DNA of 59,882 nt, filler included. It is 7 parts of 7 records of this genome, joined end to end, with 100 filler letters (N's around TTAATTAATTAA, not from the genome) between each part and the next. Parts side by side here need not be neighbours in the genome. Positions count along the whole stretch, not along the records: positions 54,503 to 59,882 come from SRR31156797_20877; 6 more parts are not named here. One strand, 5' to 3'. The translations under genes were made by a program, and so were the position numbers. Of the stretch, positions 57,567-59,882 are shown piece by piece. The first letter of the stretch is position 1. Each line of letters opens with the position of its first letter. Under the pieces are notes generated by a model, which was given only the letters and a program-made list of their open reading frames with translations, was not told where the DNA came from and did not search any database.

Positions 57567-59633
57567 ATGCCTATAGAACAATTTGAACACAACTCAAAAC
57601 AACTCGATCTCTTAGCAAAGATTTTCGAAACATTACCCAGCCCTATCTTTTACAAAGATATTGATGGGGTGTATTTAGGGTGCAATAAAGCATTTGCAGA
57701 GTTTATCGGTCAAACCCGTGAGCAAATACTCGGAAAAACTGTTTTCGATTTATGTTCAAGCCAATCTGCTTCGCTTCATGTTGAGCTGGACCAAAAAATA
57801 CAAAAAGAGGGAGGTTCTCAACAGTACGAAGCTAAGATATCCGGTGTGGACGGAGAAATTCGGAATTTTGTTATCCATAAGGCTACTTTTGCAAATAACG
57901 ACAATGAGGTAGCAGGAATTATTGGTGTACTGACTGACATTACTGGTCGAGTAAAGGCAGAAGAAGCCCATAAACTGAATGAAGCCCGGCTTGAAGCGCT
58001 GCTCGAACTTAGTCAGATGCCCTCAGGAGCCAGTCTTAAAGAAATCACTGATTTTTCACTAGAAGAAGCAATCAGGCTGACAGGCAGTGATATAGGGTAC
58101 CTTGCCTTCACCAATGATAACGAATCTATTCTCTCGATGTATTCTTGGTCTAAAAAAGCAATGGATATCTGCCAAGTTGGTGAGAAACAGATTGACTATT
58201 CTGTTGATGAGACAGGTTTGTGGGGTGAAGCTATAAGACAGCGAAAACCTGTGATAACAAATGATTACCAGGCTCCGAACCCTTTAAAGCATGGATACCC
58301 CGAAGGGCACATTCACATTAAACGCCATATGAACATCCCCGTTTTTGCAGGGGAATACATCGTTGCTGTTGCAGGAGTCGGCAATAAAGAAACGGATTAT
58401 GATGTCTCCGATGTCCGGCAACTTACCCTGCTGATGCAGGGGATGTGGCGGTTAGTTCAGCATAAAAAGGCGGAAGAAGATAAGAAGCAGTTAGAGCGGC
58501 AATTACAACAAGTTCAAAAAATGGAAGCTATTGGCAACCTTGCAGGTGGGGTTGCTCACGACTTTAACAATATGTTGAGTGGTATAATAGGGGCTGCTGA
58601 ATTATTGGAGATAGCCCTTGCAGGCAAAGAAAAAGAACTGAAATATATCGGTATTATAAAGAATGCAGCGGAGCAGGCCGCCGGACTCACAGGGAAATTA
58701 CTCGCATTTAGCAGAAAAGGAAAGCTGCTCTCCACACCGGTTGACCTCCATAGCATAATAAAAGATGCAGTTGCTATTCTTGATCGAAGCATAGATAAAC
58801 GGGTAGTTATACAAACAGAGTTTAAGGCTGCTCAATGCATGGTAATAGGCGATCCATCACAACTACAGAGTGGCATACTGAACCTCTGTGTCAATGCACG
58901 GGACGCTATGCCGGATGGTGGTGAGATCCATATTTCAACAGTCAATACTGAATTTGATGAGGAGTATTGTCAAATAGATGCTGACTTTTCACCTGGTGAA
59001 TATATCAGACTTACCATTCAGGACACCGGTACAGGTATACCTACCGAACTTCAACCAAGAGTTTTTGAACCTTTCTTTACAACTAAAGAAGTTGGAAAAG
59101 GAACAGGCTTAGGACTAGCTGCTGTTTATGGTATGGTCAAAGAACACTATGGTGCTATCCGCCTCTACAGTGATTATGGAAATGGTACCGCGTTTCACCT
59201 TTTTCTACCAATATCTCAAGAGATAACTTCTCCGGTGGCAGAAAAAAGAAAACACGTTGTTCACGGTAAAGGCAACATTTTGGTCGTTGATAATGAAGAG
59301 ATTGTCAGAGCTACAGCTTCCCTCTTGCTTGAAAACCTCGGGTATAAAGTTCTACTAGCACAAAACGGACAAGAGGCGGTGGACATTTATAGACGAGAGG
59401 TTGACCATATTGACCTTATCATCCTTGATATTGTGATGCCAATCATGGACGGTCCTGATGCGTTTGAAAGGATTTTAGACATCAACCCTAATGCAAAAGT
59501 GATTTTGTCTTCAGGATATGCAAAAAACGTCAATGTGAAAAATATGGAGAAGAAAGGTTTGGCAGGTGCGATTGCCAAACCATTTAATCAGATAGAACTC
59601 AGCAAACGGGTTGCTGATGTTCTGAGCCGGTGA
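57567..59633 (+). CDS. Cytoplasmic hybrid sensor kinase (PAS-GAF-HisKA-HATPase-REC)
   Basis: PIFYKD...YLGCN PAS, GLWGEAIRQR GAF, GVAHDFNN, NARDAM, PFFTTK...GTGLGL, REC with LDIVMP. Confidence 0.94.
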   Translation: MPIEQFEHNSKQLDLLAKIFETLPSPIFYKDIDGVYLGCNKAFAEFIGQTREQILGKTVFDLCSSQSASLHVELDQKIQKEGGSQQYEAKISGVDGEIRNFVIHKATFANNDNEVAGIIGVLTDITGRVKAEEAHKLNEARLEALLELSQMPSGASLKEITDFSLEEAIRLTGSDIGYLAFTNDNESILSMYSWSKKAMDICQVGEKQIDYSVDETGLWGEAIRQRKPVITNDYQAPNPLKHGYPEGHIHIKRHMNIPVFAGEYIVAVAGVGNKETDYDVSDVRQLTLLMQGMWRLVQHKKAEEDKKQLERQLQQVQKMEAIGNLAGGVAHDFNNMLSGIIGAAELLEIALAGKEKELKYIGIIKNAAEQAAGLTGKLLAFSRKGKLLSTPVDLHSIIKDAVAILDRSIDKRVVIQTEFKAAQCMVIGDPSQLQSGILNLCVNARDAMPDGGEIHISTVNTEFDEEYCQIDADFSPGEYIRLTIQDTGTGIPTELQPRVFEPFFTTKEVGKGTGLGLAAVYGMVKEHYGAIRLYSDYGNGTAFHLFLPISQEITSPVAEKRKHVVHGKGNILVVDNEEIVRATASLLLENLGYKVLLAQNGQEAVDIYRREVDHIDLIILDIVMPIMDGPDAFERILDINPNAKVILSSGYAKNVNVKNMEKKGLAGAIAKPFNQIELSKRVADVLSR

Positions 59634-59882
59634 AATCCTTCTAGACCTTTGGTCTTCTGTACGGTTCATCTGCCTAGCAGATTTGATTTCATCGGCTTAT
59701 TGAATTAAGGCCTCCAGAGGGATCCATCTACCTGTTACTGTTATCGAGACTTGAGCTATTTAATAAGCAGGTAGTCTGTGCAGCTGAGGCTACCATTTAA
59801 CATTGCCAAATAAAAGGTAATCAATTTTGCCACCTACTCAAACGAGAGCTTATTCCTGTCCATGACCGATGCTGACAAGTCG

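Overview
This window is not one locus. It is seven unrelated contigs joined by identical 100-bp artificial spacers (44 N + TTAATTAATTAA + 44 N), so gene neighbourhoods only mean something within a contig. Taxonomic assignments are inferred from gene content and composition. (1) 1-7773, Bacteroidota-like: 3' end of an error-prone dnaE2-type polymerase, GNATs including a clear pseudogene, a nitrilase-family amidase, and a tonB / TonB-C / blaI / M56-TonB cluster with repeated AACTAA-N4-TTAGTT palindromes over its promoter. (2) 7874-14048, Bacteroidota-like: V-ATPase K fragment, DoxX, a LytS/LytTR pair and a PepSY-TM / DUF5916 operon preceded by 21-bp-period repeats. (3) 14149-23845, Clostridia-like: ftsH, an AftB-like GT-C glycosyltransferase, TSUP, and an XylFII-LytS-YesN-type sugar-sensing cluster. 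(4) 23946-29306, Campylobacterota (Arcobacter-like): a TtpC-ExbB-ExbD-TonB-TPR operon, DUF4198, an orphan TAXI protein and trpS. (5) 29407-48722, Desulfobulbales-like: ABC ATPase, mobB, PrsT-like TPR plus a sigma54-driven PEP-CTERM gene, leuA with a complete leucine attenuator, ybaK, a tupA remnant, MltF, TRAP transporter, fbp, pepA, CNNM and SH3 genes, and a small MITE-like repeat. (6) 48823-54402, AT-rich diderm, possibly Fusobacteriota: a porin, an unknown lipoprotein + beta-barrel pair under a palindrome-overlapped promoter, and a permuted NlpC/P60. (7) 54503-59882, Desulfobacterota-like: a chemoreceptor with a 4-Cys PAS domain, an intact IS1595 element with TIRs and 8-bp TSD, and a PAS-GAF hybrid kinase. 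The best candidates for under-described systems are the BlaI/M56-TonB circuit, the lipoprotein/beta-barrel pair and the Cys-rich PAS chemoreceptor. No rRNA, tRNA or CRISPR array was seen.
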